Source of the DNA: a virus
Taxonomy: Duplodnaviria > Heunggongvirae > Uroviricota > Caudoviricetes
DNA length: 27,280 nt
Virus record (IMG/VR): IMGVR_UViG_2534681604_000001
Direction: 5' to 3' (one strand)
A program made the translations under genes and the position numbers. The notes beneath the pieces are model-generated. The model was not told the DNA's origin. It saw only the letters and a program-made list of their open reading frames with translations, and ran no database searches. This document shows, in pieces, positions 6,833-20,367 of this stretch (positions within the stretch are counted from its first letter, which is position 1; each line of letters begins with the position of its first letter).

Positions 6833-7066
6833 TCAATCTGGTCTGATCTGTTTTCTGAGCAATTCAGTAATGTCACTCTTTTCTTTGTTTGCTTCAGGAG
6901 AAACTCTTTTTTCTGAGCACAGTCTCCGGCGGCAGGCTTCAATGACCCAGGCTGAGAAATTCCCGGACCCTTTTTGATCAAGAGCGATGTTAATTTGTTC
7001 AATCATTTGGTTAGGAAAGCGGATGTTGCGGATTGTTGTTCTGCGGGTTCTGTTCTTCGTTGACAT
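6833..7066 (-). CDS. Small basic protein, possibly YlcI-like (DUF3950)
   Basis: 77-aa ORF MSTKNRTRRTTIRNIRFPNQMIEQINIALDQKGSGNFSAWVIEACRRRL…, basic N-terminus, just upstream of cos on the minus strand. Resemblance to DLP12 YlcI is from memory. Confidence 0.5.
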   Translation of the reverse strand: MSTKNRTRRTTIRNIRFPNQMIEQINIALDQKGSGNFSAWVIEACRRRLCSEKRVSPEANKEKSDITELLRKQIRPD

Positions 7067-7234
7067 GAGGTTGTCCCGTATTTAGTGTCGCTGATTTGTA
7101 TTGTCTGAAGTTGTTTTTACGTTAAGTTGATGCAGATCAATTAATATGATACCTGCGTCATAATTGATTATTTGACGTGGTTTGATGGCGTAGATGCACG
7201 TTGTGACATGCAGATGATAATTATTATCATTTTG

Positions 7235-7445
7235 CGGGTCCTTTCCGGCGATCCGACAGGTTACGGGGCGGCGACCTCGCGGGTTTTCGCTATTTATGAA
7301 AAATTTCCGGTTTAAGGCGTTTCCGTTCTTCTTCGTCATAACTTAATGTTTTTATTTAAAATACCCTCTGAAAAGAAAGGAAACGACAGGTGCTGAAAGC
7401 GAGCTTTTTGGCCTCTGTCGTTTCCTTTCTCTGTTTTTGTCCGTG
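7235..7445 (+). other. cos region (cosQ - cosN - cosB with Nu1 binding repeats)
   Basis: Sequence around ggtcctttccgg…gatccgacaggttacg GGGCGGCGACCT cgcgggttttcgctatttatg… matches the joined lambda right and left ends; cosB repeats (e.g. cgtttccgttcttctt, tgtcgtttcctttctc) precede Nu1. Confidence 0.85.
7266..7277 (+). other. cosN cohesive-end sequence (12-nt GGGCGGCGACCT)
   Basis: Exact lambda 12-nt cohesive end, 178 bp upstream of the Nu1 start. Confidence 0.85.
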
Positions 7446-7454
7446 GAATGAACA

Positions 7455-7974
7455 ATGGAAGTCAACAAAAAGCAGCTGGCTGACATTTTCGGTGCGAGTA
7501 TCCGTACCATTCAGAACTGGCAGGAACAGGGAATGCCCGTTCTGCGAGGCGGTGGCAAGGGTAATGAGGTGCTTTATGACTCTGCCGCCGTCATAAAATG
7601 GTATGCCAAAAGGGATGCTGAAATTGAGAACGAAAAGCTGCGCCGGGAGGTTGAAGAACTGCGGCAGGCCAGCGAGGCAGATCTCCAGCCAGGGACTATT
7701 GAGTACGAACGCCATCGACTTACGCGTGCGCAGGCCGACGCACAGGAACTGAAGAATGCCAGAGACTCCGCTGAAGTGGTGGAAACCGCATTCTGTACTT
7801 TCGTGCTGTCGCGGATCGCAGGTGAAATTGCCAGTATTCTCGACGGGATCCCCCTGTCGGTGCAGCGGCGTTTTCCGGAACTGGAAAACCGACATGTTGA
7901 TTTCCTGAAACGGGATATCATCAAAGCCATGAACAAAGCAGCCGCGCTGGATGAACTGATACCGGGGTTGCTGA

Positions 7975-8000
<26 letters not shown>
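7455..8000 (+). CDS. Nu1: Terminase small subunit Nu1
   Basis: MEVNKKQLADIFGASIRTIQNWQEQGMPVLRGGGKGNEVLYD… recognised as lambda gpNu1. Confidence 0.95.
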
Positions 8001-11681
<3,681 letters not shown>

Positions 11682-11701
<20 letters not shown>

Positions 11702-13001
11702 TCTCCCGCATATTGCCAGCATGGCCTTTAATGAGCCGCTGATGCTTGAACCCGCCTATGCGCGGGTTTTCTTTTGTGCGCTTGCAGGCCAGATTGGGAT
11801 AAGCCGCCTGACGGATGCGGTGTCAGGTGACAGCCTGACTGCCGGAGAGTCACCCGCGACGCTGGCGTTATCCGGTGATGATGACGGGCCACGACAGGCC
11901 CGCAGTTATCAGGTCATGAATGGCATCGCCGTGCTGCCGGTGTCCGGCACGCTGGTCAGCCGGACGCGGGCGCTGCAGCCGTATTCGGGGATGACCGGTT
12001 ACAACGGCATTATCGCCCGTCTGCAACAGGCTGCCAGCGATCCGATGGTGGACGGCATTCTGCTCGATATGGACACGCCAGGCGGGATGGTGGCGGGGGT
12101 ATTTGATTGCGCTGACATCATCGCCCGTGTGCGTGACATAAAACCGGTATGGGCGCTGGCCAACGACATGAACTGTAGTGCAGGTCAGCTGCTTGCCAGT
12201 GCCGCCTCCCGGCGTCTGGTCACACAGACCGCCCGGACAGGCTCCATCGGCGTCATGATGGCTCACAGTAATTACGGTGCTGCGCTGGAGAAACAGGGCG
12301 TGGAAATCACGCTGATTTACAGCGGCAGCCATAAGGTGGATGGCAACCCCTACAGCCATCTTCCGGATGACGTCCGGGAAACACTGCAATCCCGGATGGA
12401 TGCAACCCGCCAGATGTTTGCGCAGAAGGTATCGGCATATACCGGCCTGTCCGTGCAGGCTGTTCTGGATACCGAGGCTGCAGTGTACAGCGGTCAGGAG
12501 GCCATTGATGCCGGACTGGCTGATGAACTTGTTAACAGCACCGATGCGATCACCGTTATGCGTGAGGCACTGGATGCACGTAAATCCCGTCTCTCAGGAG
12601 GGCGAATGACCAAAGAGACTCAATCAACAACTGTTTCAGCCACTGCTTCGCAGGCTGATGTTACTGATGTGGTGTCAGCGACGGAGGGCGAAAACGCCAG
12701 CGCGGTGCAGCCGGACGTGAACGCGCAGATCACCGCAGCGGTTGCGGAAGAAAACAGCCGCATTATGGGGATCCTCAACTGTGAGGAGGCTCACGGACGC
12801 GAAGAACAGGCCCGCGTGTTGGCAGAAACCCCCGGTATGACCGTGGAAACGGCACGCCGCATTCTGGCCGCAGCACCACAGAGTGCACAGGCGCGCAGTG
12901 ACACTGCGCTGGATCGTCTGATGCAGGGGGCACCGGCACCGCTGGCTGCAGGTAACCCGGCATCTGATGCCGTTAACGATTTGCTGAACACACCAGTGTA
13001 A
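11682..13001 (+). CDS. C: Head maturation protease / scaffold protein C
   Basis: Protein from (V/M)TAELRNLPHIASMAFNEPLMLEP… recognised as lambda gpC. GTG at 11682 is preceded by ggaggag; the ORF-track start at 11547 lies inside B and is not the real start. Confidence 0.9.
12606..13001 (+). CDS. Nu3: Scaffolding protein Nu3 (nested in-frame in the 3' part of C)
   Basis: In-frame internal ATG at 12606 (MTKETQSTTVSATASQ…) with aggagg 5 nt upstream, as in the lambda C/Nu3 nested arrangement. Confidence 0.65.
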   Translation: MTKETQSTTVSATASQADVTDVVSATEGENASAVQPDVNAQITAAVAEENSRIMGILNCEEAHGREEQARVLAETPGMTVETARRILAAAPQSAQARSDTALDRLMQGAPAPLAAGNPASDAVNDLLNTPV

Positions 13002-13010
13002 GGGATGTTT

Positions 13011-13343
13011 ATGATGAGCAAAGAAACCTTTACCCATTACCAGCCGCTGGGCAACAGTGACCCGGCTCATACCGCAACCGCGCCCGGCGGATTGAGTGCG
13101 AAAGCGCCTGCAATGACCCCGCTAATGCTGGACACCTCCACCCGTAAGCTGGTTGCGTGGGATGGCACCACTGACGGTGCTGCTGTTGGCATTCTTGCGG
13201 TTGCTGCTGACCAGACCAGCACCACGCTGACGTTCTACAAGTCCGGCACGTTCCGTTATGAGGATGTGCTCTGGCCGGAGGCTGCCAGCGACGAGACGAA
13301 AAAACGGACCGCGTTTGCCGGAACGGCAATCAGCATCGTTTAA
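13011..13343 (+). CDS. D: Head decoration protein D
   Basis: M(M)[31 protein letters not shown]… recognised as lambda gpD. Three closely spaced ATGs (13005, 13011, 13014); 13011 has the best SD spacing. Confidence 0.9.
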   Translation: MMSKETFTHYQPLGNSDPAHTATAPGGLSAKAPAMTPLMLDTSTRKLVAWDGTTDGAAVGILAVAADQTSTTLTFYKSGTFRYEDVLWPEAASDETKKRTAFAGTAISIV

Positions 13344-13360
13344 CTTTACCCTTCATCACT

Positions 13361-13385
13361 AAAGGCCGCCTGTGCGGCTTTTTTT
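13361..13385 (+). terminator. Terminator-like hairpin between D and E
   Basis: aaa-ggccgc-ctgt-gcggc-ttttttt: GC stem, 4-nt loop, seven T's, with flanking A's. 14 nt upstream of the E start. Confidence 0.5.
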
Positions 13386-13398
13386 ACGGGATTTTTTT

Positions 13399-14424
13399 AT
13401 GTCGATGTACACAACCGCCCAGCTGCTGGCGGCAAATGAGCAGAAATTTAAGTTTGATCCGCTGTTTCTGCGTCTCTTTTTCCGTGAGAGCTATCCCTTC
13501 ACCACGGAGAAAGTCTATCTCTCACAAATTCCTGGACTGGTAAACATGGCGCTGTACGTTTCGCCGATTGTTTCCGGTGAGGTTATCCGCTCCCGTGGCG
13601 GCTCCACCTCTGAATTTACGCCGGGATATGTCAAGCCGAAGCATGAAGTGAATCCGCAGATGACCCTGCGTCGCCTGCCGGATGAAGATCCGCAGAATCT
13701 GGCGGATCCGGCTTACCGTCGCCGTCGCATCATCATGCAGAACATGCGTGACGAAGAGCTGGCCATTGCCCAGGTCGAAGAGATGCAGGCAGTTTCTGCC
13801 GTGCTTAAAGGCAAATACACCATGACCGGTGAAGCCTTCGATCCGGTTGAGGTGGATATGGGCCGCAGTGCGGCGAATAACATCACGCAGTCCGGCGGCA
13901 CGGAGTGGAGCAAGCGTGACAAGTCCACGTATGACCCGACCGACGATATCGAAGCCTACGCGCTGAACGCCAGCGGTGTGGTGAATATCATCGTGTTCGA
14001 TCCGAAAGGCTGGGCGCTGTTCCGTTCCTTCAAGGCCGTCAAGGAGAAGCTGGATACCCGTCGCGGCTCTCATTCCGAGCTGGAGACAGCGGTGAAAGAC
14101 CTGGGTAAAGCGGTGTCCTATAAGGGGATGTATGGCGATGTGGCCATCGTCGTGTATTCCGGACAGTACGTGGAAAACGGTGTCAAAAAGAACTTCCTGC
14201 CGGACAACACGATGGTGCTGGGGAACACTCAGGCACGCGGTCTGCGCACCTATGGCTGTATTCAGGATGCGGATGCATTGAGTGAGGGTATTAATGCGTC
14301 TCCCCGTTATCCGAAAAACTGGAAGACATCCGGCGATCCGGCGCGTGAGTTCACCATGATTCAGTCAGCACCGCTGATGCTGCTGGCTGATCCTGATGAG
14401 TTCGTGTCCGTACAACTGGCGTAA
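13399..14424 (+). CDS. E: Major capsid protein E
   Basis: MSMYTTAQLLAANEQKFKFDPLFLRLFFRESYPF… recognised as lambda gpE. ATG at 13399; the ORF-track upstream start is not used. Confidence 0.95.
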   Translation: MSMYTTAQLLAANEQKFKFDPLFLRLFFRESYPFTTEKVYLSQIPGLVNMALYVSPIVSGEVIRSRGGSTSEFTPGYVKPKHEVNPQMTLRRLPDEDPQNLADPAYRRRRIIMQNMRDEELAIAQVEEMQAVSAVLKGKYTMTGEAFDPVEVDMGRSAANNITQSGGTEWSKRDKSTYDPTDDIEAYALNASGVVNIIVFDPKGWALFRSFKAVKEKLDTRRGSHSELETAVKDLGKAVSYKGMYGDVAIVVYSGQYVENGVKKNFLPDNTMVLGNTQARGLRTYGCIQDADALSEGINASPRYPKNWKTSGDPAREFTMIQSAPLMLLADPDEFVSVQLA

Positions 14425-14426
14425 TC

Positions 14427-14447
14427 ATGGCCCTTCGGGGCCATTTT
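14427..14447 (+). terminator. UUCG-tetraloop hairpin with short U-tract directly after E
   Basis: atggccc-ttcg-gggccat (7-bp stem, UUCG loop) then tttt. Starts 3 nt after the E stop. Confidence 0.45.
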
Positions 14448-14465
14448 CTCTCTGTGGAGGAGTCC

Positions 14466-14864
14466 ATGACGAAAGATGAACTGATTGCCCGTCTCCGCTC
14501 GCTGGGTGAACAACTGAACCGTGATGTCAGCCTGACGGGGACGAAAGAAGAACTGGCGCTCCGTGTGGCAGAGCTGGAAGAGGAGCTTGATGACACGGAT
14601 GACACTGCCGGTCAGGACACCCCTCTCAGCCCGGAAAATGCGCTGACCGGGCATGAAAATGAGGTGGTATCAGCGCAGCCGGACACCGTGATTCAGGATG
14701 CGGCTGAACTGGTCACGGTCGTGGCACTGGTGACGCTGCATACTGATGCACTTCACGCCATCCGGGATGAACCTGTGGCATTTGTGCTGCCGGGAACAGC
14801 GTTCCGTGTCTCTGCCGGTGTGGCAGCCGAAATGACAGAGCGCGGCCTGGCCAGAATGCAATAA
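14466..14864 (+). CDS. FI: Head assembly / DNA packaging protein FI
   Basis: MTKDELIARLRSLGEQLNRDVSLTGTKEELALRVAELEEELDD… recognised as lambda gpFI. ggagga upstream of ATG 14466. Confidence 0.9.
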   Translation: MTKDELIARLRSLGEQLNRDVSLTGTKEELALRVAELEEELDDTDDTAGQDTPLSPENALTGHENEVVSAQPDTVIQDAAELVTVVALVTLHTDALHAIRDEPVAFVLPGTAFRVSAGVAAEMTERGLARMQ

Positions 14865-14875
14865 CGGGAGGCGCT

Positions 14876-15229
14876 GTGGCTGATTTCGATAACCTGTTCG
14901 ATGCTGCCATTGCCCGCGCCGATGAAACGATACGCGGGTACATGGGAACGTCAGCCACCATTACATCCGGTGAGCAGTCCGGTGCGGTGATACGTGGTGT
15001 TTTTGATGACCCTGAAAATATCAGCTATGCCGGACAGGGCGTGCGCGTTGAAGGCTCCAGCCCGTCCCTGTTTGTCCGGACTGATGATGTGCGGCAGCTG
15101 CGGCGTGGAGACACGCTGACCATCGGTGAGGAAAATTTCTGGGTAGACCGGGTTTCGCCGGATGATGGCGGAAGCTGTCATCTCTGGCTTGGACGGGGCG
15201 TACCGCCTGCCGTTAACCGTCGCCGCTGA
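14876..15229 (+). CDS. FII: Head-tail connector protein FII
   Basis: (M)ADFDNLFDAAIARADETIRGYMGTSATITSGEQ… recognised as lambda gpFII. GTG start with gggagg upstream. Confidence 0.9.
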   Translation: MADFDNLFDAAIARADETIRGYMGTSATITSGEQSGAVIRGVFDDPENISYAGQGVRVEGSSPSLFVRTDDVRQLRRGDTLTIGEENFWVDRVSPDDGGSCHLWLGRGVPPAVNRRR

Positions 15230-15240
15230 AAGGGGGATGT

Positions 15241-15819
15241 ATGGCCATAAAAGGTCTTGAGCAGGCCGTTGAAAACCTCAGCCGTATCAGCAAAACGGCG
15301 GTGCCTGGTGCCGCCGCAATGGCCATTAACCGCGTTGCTTCATCCGCGATATCGCAGTCTGCGTCACAGGTTGCCCGTGAGACAAAGGTACGCCGGAAAC
15401 TGGTAAAGGAAAGGGCCAGGCTGAAAAGGGCCACGGTCAAAAATCCGCAGGCCAGAATCAAGGTTAACCGGGGGGATTTGCCCGTAATCAGGCTGGGTAA
15501 TGCGCAGGTTGTCCTGTCCCGCCGCAGGCGTCGTAAAAAGGGGCAGCGTTCATCCCTGAAAGGTGGCGGTAGCGTGCTTGTGGTGGGAAACCGTCGTATT
15601 CCCGGCGCGTTTATTCAACAACTGAAAAATGGCCGGTGGCATGTCATGCAGCGTGTGGCCGGGAAAAACCGTTACCCCATTGATGTGGTGAAAATCCCGA
15701 TGGCGGTGCCGCTGACCACGGCGTTTAAACAGAATATTGAGCGGATACGGCGTGAGCGTCTTCCGAAAGAGCTGGGCTATGCGCTGCAGCATCAACTGAG
15801 AATGGTAATAAAGCGATGA
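15241..15819 (+). CDS. Z: Tail completion protein Z
   Basis: MAIKGLEQAVENLSRISKTAVPGAAAMAINRVASS… recognised as lambda gpZ. Confidence 0.9.
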   Translation: MAIKGLEQAVENLSRISKTAVPGAAAMAINRVASSAISQSASQVARETKVRRKLVKERARLKRATVKNPQARIKVNRGDLPVIRLGNAQVVLSRRRRRKKGQRSSLKGGGSVLVVGNRRIPGAFIQQLKNGRWHVMQRVAGKNRYPIDVVKIPMAVPLTTAFKQNIERIRRERLPKELGYALQHQLRMVIKR

Positions 15820-16211
15820 AACATACTGAACTCCGTGCAGCCGTACTGGATGCACTGGAGAAGCATGACACCGGGGCGACGCTTTTTGATGGTCGCCCAG
15901 CTGTTTTTGATGAGGAAGATTTTCCGGCAATTGCCGTTTATCTCACCGGCGCTGAATACACGGGCGAAGAGCTGGACAGCGATACCTGGCAGGCGGAGCT
16001 GCATATTGAAGTTTTCCTGCCTGCTCAGGTGCCGGATTCAGAGCTGGATTCGTGGATGGAGTCCCGGATTTATCCGGTGATGAGCGATATCCCGGCACTG
16101 TCAGAGTTGATCACCAGTATGGTGGCCAGTGGCTATGACTACCGACGCGACGATGATGCGGGCCTGTGGAGTTCAGCCGATCTGACTTATGTCATTACCT
16201 ATGAAATGTGA
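15816..16211 (+). CDS. U: Tail terminator protein U
   Basis: [48 protein letters not shown]… recognised as lambda gpU. ATGA overlap with Z. Confidence 0.9.
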   Translation: MKHTELRAAVLDALEKHDTGATLFDGRPAVFDEEDFPAIAVYLTGAEYTGEELDSDTWQAELHIEVFLPAQVPDSELDSWMESRIYPVMSDIPALSELITSMVASGYDYRRDDDAGLWSSADLTYVITYEM

Positions 16212-16218
16212 GGACGCT

Positions 16219-16959
16219 ATGCCTGTACCAAATCCAACAATGCCGGTGAAAGGTGCCGGGACCACACTGTGGGTTTATAAGGGGAACGGTGACCCTTATG
16301 CGAACCCGCTTTCAGACGTGGACTGGTCGCGTCTGGCAAAAGTTAAAGACCTGACGCCCGGCGAACTGACAGCTGAGTCCTATGACGACAGCTATCTCGA
16401 TGATGAAGATGCGGACTGGACTGCGACCGGGCAGGGGCAGAAATCAGCCGGAGATACCAGCTTCACGCTGGCGTGGATGCCCGGAGAGCAGGGGCAGCAG
16501 GCGCTGCTGGCGTGGTTTAATGAAGGTGATACCCGTGCCTATAAAATCCGCTTCCCGAACGGCACGGTCGATGTGTTCCGTGGCTGGGTCAGCAGTATCG
16601 GTAAAGCGGTGACGGCTAAGGAAGTGATCACCCGCACGGTGAAGGTCACCAATGTGGGACGCCCGTCGATGGCTGAAGATCGCAGTACGGTGACGGCAGC
16701 AACCGGCATGACGGTAACGCCAGCCAGTGCTTCCGTAGTGAAAGGGCAGAGCACCACGCTGACCGTGGCATTCCAGCCGGAAGGTGTAACCGACAAGAGC
16801 TTCCGTGCGGTGTCTGCGGATAAAACAAAAGCCACCGTGTCGGTCAGTGGTATGACCATCACCGTGAACGGCGTTGCTGCAGGCAAGGTCAACATTCCGG
16901 TTGTATCCGGTAATGGTGAGTTTGCTGCGGTTGCAGAAATTACCGTCACCGCCAGTTAA
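16219..16959 (+). CDS. V: Major tail tube protein V
   Basis: [36 protein letters not shown]… recognised as lambda gpV, including the C-terminal Ig-like region. gagga upstream of ATG 16219. Confidence 0.95.
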   Translation: MPVPNPTMPVKGAGTTLWVYKGNGDPYANPLSDVDWSRLAKVKDLTPGELTAESYDDSYLDDEDADWTATGQGQKSAGDTSFTLAWMPGEQGQQALLAWFNEGDTRAYKIRFPNGTVDVFRGWVSSIGKAVTAKEVITRTVKVTNVGRPSMAEDRSTVTAATGMTVTPASASVVKGQSTTLTVAFQPEGVTDKSFRAVSADKTKATVSVSGMTITVNGVAAGKVNIPVVSGNGEFAAVAEITVTAS

Positions 16960-16974
16960 TCCGGAGAGTCAGCG

Positions 16975-17397
16975 ATGTTCCTGAAAACCGAATCATTTGA
17001 ACATAACGGTGTGACCGTCACGCTTTCTGAACTGTCAGCCCTGCAGCGTATTGAGCATCTTGCCTGGTTGAAAGAGCAGGAAAAAAAGGCTGAATCCAGT
17101 GGCAACCTGCAGGTGTCTGTAGAGGATCTTATCAGAGGCGGGGCGTTTCTGGTGGCGATGTCTCTGTGGCATAACCATCCGCAGAAGACAAAGCTGCCGT
17201 CCATGAATGAAGCCATTACGCAGATTGAGCAGGAAGTGCTTACCACCTGGCCCACGGAGGCAATTGCTCAGGCTGAAAACGTGGTGTTACGTCTGTCCGG
17301 AATGTCTGAGTTTGTGGTGAATAATGCCCCTGAACAGGCAGAGGACGCCGGGCCTGCAGAGCCTGTTTCTGCGGGAAAGTGTTCGACGGTGAGCTGA
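16975..17397 (+). CDS. G: Tail assembly chaperone G
   Basis: MFLKTESFEHNGVTVTLSELSALQRIEHLAWLKEQ… recognised as lambda gpG. Confidence 0.9.
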   Translation: MFLKTESFEHNGVTVTLSELSALQRIEHLAWLKEQEKKAESSGNLQVSVEDLIRGGAFLVAMSLWHNHPQKTKLPSMNEAITQIEQEVLTTWPTEAIAQAENVVLRLSGMSEFVVNNAPEQAEDAGPAEPVSAGKCSTVS

Positions 17398-17813
17398 GTT
17401 TTGCCCTGAAACTGGCGCGCGAGATGGGGCGACCCGACTGGCGCGCCATGCTTGCCGGGATGTCATCCACGGAGTATGCCGACTGGCACCGCTTTTACAG
17501 TACCCATTATTTTCATGATGTTCTGCTGGATATGCACTTTTCCGGGCTGACGTACACCGTGCTCAGCCTGTTTTTCAGCGATCCGGATATGCATCCGCTG
17601 GATTTCAGTCTGCTGAACCGGCGTGAGGCTGACGAAGAGCCTGAAGATGATGTGCTGATGCAGAAAGCGGCAGGGCTTGCCGGAGGTGTCCGCTTTGGCC
17701 CGGACGGGAATGAAGTTATCCCCGCTTCCCCGGATGTGGCGGACATGACGGAGGATGACGTAATGCTGATGACAGTATCAGAAGGGATCGCAGGAGGAGT
17801 CCGGTATGGCTGA
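16975..17813 (+). CDS. T: Tail assembly chaperone G-T fusion via programmed -1 frameshift
   Basis: Slippery heptamer G GGA AAG at 17373-17379 in the G frame. The -1 frame stays open to 17813 (…FDGELSFALKLAREMGRPDWRAM…), matching the lambda G/GT arrangement. Confidence 0.8.
17373..17379 (+). promoter_or_regulatory. Programmed -1 ribosomal frameshift slippery site (GGGAAAG)
   Basis: X XXY YYZ heptamer in the correct phase of G, 6 codons before the G stop. Confidence 0.8.
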
Positions 17814-20367
17814 ACCGGTAGGCGATCTGGTCGTTGATTTGAGTCTGGATGCGGCCAGATTTGACGAGCAGATGGCCAGAGTCAGGCGTCATTTTTCCGG
17901 TACGGAAAGTGATGCGAAAAAAACAGCGGCAGTCGTTGAACAGTCAATGAACCGGCAGGCGCTGGCTGCACAGAAAGCGGGGATTTCCGTCGGACAGTAT
18001 AAAGCCGCCATGCGTATGCTGCCTGCACAGTTCACCGACGTGGCCACGCAGCTTGCAGGCGGGCAAAGTCCGTGGCTGATCCTGCTGCAACAGGGTGGTC
18101 AGGTTAAGGACTCCTTCGGCGGGATGATCCCCATGTTCAGGGGGCTTGCCGGTGCGATCACCCTGCCGATGGTGGGGGCCACCTCGCTGGCGGTGGCGAC
18201 CGGTGCGCTGGCGTATGCCTGGTATCAGGGCAACTCAACCCTGTCCGATTTCAACAAAACGCTGGTCCTTTCCGGCAATCAGGCGGGACTGACGGCAGAT
18301 CGTATGCTGGTCCTGTCCAGAGCCGGGCAGGCGGCAGGGCTGACGTTTAACCAGACCAGCGAGTCACTCAGCGCACTGGTTAAGGCGGGGGTAAGCGGTG
18401 AGGCTCAGATTGCGTCCATCAGCCAGAGTGTGGCGCGTTTCTCCTCTGCATCCGGCGTGGAGGTGGACAAGGTCGCTGAAGCCTTCGGGAAGCTGACCAC
18501 AGACCCGACGTCGGGGCTGACGGCGATGGCACGCCAGTTCCATAACGTGACGGCGGAGCAGATTGCGTATGTTGCTCAGTTGCAGCGTTCCGGCGATGAA
18601 GCCGGGGCATTGCAGGCGGCGAACGAGGCCGCAACGAAAGGGTTTGATGACCAGACCCGCCGCCTGAAAGAGAACATGGGCACGCTGGAGACCTGGGCAG
18701 ACAGGACTGCGCGGGCATTCAAATCCATGTGGGATGCGGTGCTGGATATTGGTCGTCCTGATACCGCGCAGGAGATGCTGATTAAGGCAGAGGCTGCGTT
18801 TAAGAAAGCAGACGACATCTGGAATCTGCGCAAGGATGATTATTTTGTTAACGATGAAGCGCGGGCGCGTTACTGGGATGATCGTGAAAAGGCCCGTCTT
18901 GCGCTTGAAGCCGCCCGAAAGAAGGCTGAGCAGCAGACTCAACAGGACAAAAATGCGCAGCAGCAGAGCGATACCGAAGCGTCACGGCTGAAATATACCG
19001 AAGAGGCGCAGAAGGCTTACGAACGGCTGCAGACGCCGCTGGAGAAATATACCGCCCGCCAGGAGGAACTGAATAAGGCACTGAAAGACGGAAAAATCCT
19101 GCAGGCAGATTACAACACGCTGATGGCGGCGGCGAAAAAGGACTATGAATCGACGCTGAAAAAGCCGAAGCAGTCCGGCGTGAAAGTGTCTGCGGGCGAT
19201 CGTCAGGAAGACAGTGCTCATGCTGCCCTGCTGACGCTTCAGGCAGAACTCCGGACACTGGAGAAGCATGCCGGAGCGAATGAGAAAATCAGCCAGCAGC
19301 GCCGGGATTTGTGGAAGGCAGAAAGTCAGTTCGCAGTACTGGAGGAGGCGGCACAACGTCGCCAGCTGTCCGCACAGGAGAAATCCCTGCTGGCGCATAA
19401 AGATGAGACGCTGGAGTACAAACGCCAGCTGGCTGCACTTGGCGATAAGGTCACGTATCAGGAGCACCTGAACGCGCTGGCGCAGCAGGCGGATAAATTC
19501 GCACAGCAACAACGGGCAAAACGGGCCGCCATTGATGCGAAAAGCCGGGGGCTGACTGACCGGCAGGCAGAACGGGAAGCCACGGAACAGCGCCTGAAGG
19601 AACAGTATGGCGATAATCCGCTGGCGCTGAATAACGTCATGTCAGAGCAGAAAAAGACCTGGGCGGCTGAAGACCAGCTTCGCGGGAACTGGATGGCAGG
19701 CCTGAAGTCCGGCTGGAGTGAGTGGGAAGAGAGCGCCACGGACAGTATGTCGCAGGTAAAAAGTGCAGCCACGCAGACCTTTGATGGTATTGCGCAGAAT
19801 ATGGCGGCGATGCTGACCGGCAGTGAACAGAACTGGCGCAGCTTCACCCGCTCCGTGCTGTCCATGATGACAGAAATTCTGCTTAAGCAGGCAATGGTGG
19901 GGATTGTCGGGAGTATTGGCAGCGCCATTGGCGGGGCTGTTGGTGGTGGCGCATCGGCGTCAGGCGGTACAGCCATTCAGGCAGCTGCGGCGAAATTCCA
20001 TTTTGCGACCGGAGGATTTACGGGAACCGGTGGCAAATATGAGCCAGCGGGGATTGTTCACCGTGGTGAGTTTGTCTTCACGAAGGAGGCAACCAGCCGG
20101 ATTGGTGTCGGCAACCTGTACCGCCTGATGCGGGGCTATGCGGAGGGTGGTTATGTGGGCGGTGCCGGAAGTCCGGCGCAGATGCGGCGGGCTGAAGGCA
20201 TTAATTTTAATCAGAACAATCACGTGGTGATTCAGAACGACGGTACGAATGGTCTGCCAGGTCCACAGATGATGAAGGCAGTGTATGACATGGCCCGCAA
20301 GGGTGCCCGTGATGAAATTCAGACACAGATGCGCGATGGTGGTCTGTTCTCCGGAGGTGGACGATGA
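17806..20367 (+). CDS. H: Tail tape measure protein H
   Basis: 853-aa protein MAEPVGDLVVDLSLDAARFDEQMARVRRHF… recognised as lambda gpH. Confidence 0.95.
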   Translation: MAEPVGDLVVDLSLDAARFDEQMARVRRHFSGTESDAKKTAAVVEQSMNRQALAAQKAGISVGQYKAAMRMLPAQFTDVATQLAGGQSPWLILLQQGGQVKDSFGGMIPMFRGLAGAITLPMVGATSLAVATGALAYAWYQGNSTLSDFNKTLVLSGNQAGLTADRMLVLSRAGQAAGLTFNQTSESLSALVKAGVSGEAQIASISQSVARFSSASGVEVDKVAEAFGKLTTDPTSGLTAMARQFHNVTAEQIAYVAQLQRSGDEAGALQAANEAATKGFDDQTRRLKENMGTLETWADRTARAFKSMWDAVLDIGRPDTAQEMLIKAEAAFKKADDIWNLRKDDYFVNDEARARYWDDREKARLALEAARKKAEQQTQQDKNAQQQSDTEASRLKYTEEAQKAYERLQTPLEKYTARQEELNKALKDGKILQADYNTLMAAAKKDYESTLKKPKQSGVKVSAGDRQEDSAHAALLTLQAELRTLEKHAGANEKISQQRRDLWKAESQFAVLEEAAQRRQLSAQEKSLLAHKDETLEYKRQLAALGDKVTYQEHLNALAQQADKFAQQQRAKRAAIDAKSRGLTDRQAEREATEQRLKEQYGDNPLALNNVMSEQKKTWAAEDQLRGNWMAGLKSGWSEWEESATDSMSQVKSAATQTFDGIAQNMAAMLTGSEQNWRSFTRSVLSMMTEILLKQAMVGIVGSIGSAIGGAVGGGASASGGTAIQAAAAKFHFATGGFTGTGGKYEPAGIVHRGEFVFTKEATSRIGVGNLYRLMRGYAEGGYVGGAGSPAQMRRAEGINFNQNNHVVIQNDGTNGLPGPQMMKAVYDMARKGARDEIQTQMRDGGLFSGGGR

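Noticed and set aside
7082-7339. 85-aa minus-strand ORF spanning cosN
   Set aside because: It crosses the cohesive-end cut site and the conserved cosQ/cosB sequence, so it cannot be a phage gene in packaged DNA; lambda has no gene here.
7356-7936. Minus-strand ORFs antisense to Nu1 and cosB
   Set aside because: Overlap the Nu1 gene and its binding sites; no support beyond an open frame.
18364-19976. Several minus-strand ORFs (100-190 aa) antisense to H
   Set aside because: All lie within the tape measure gene H; the translations are Arg/Leu/Cys-rich and resemble no protein family I know.
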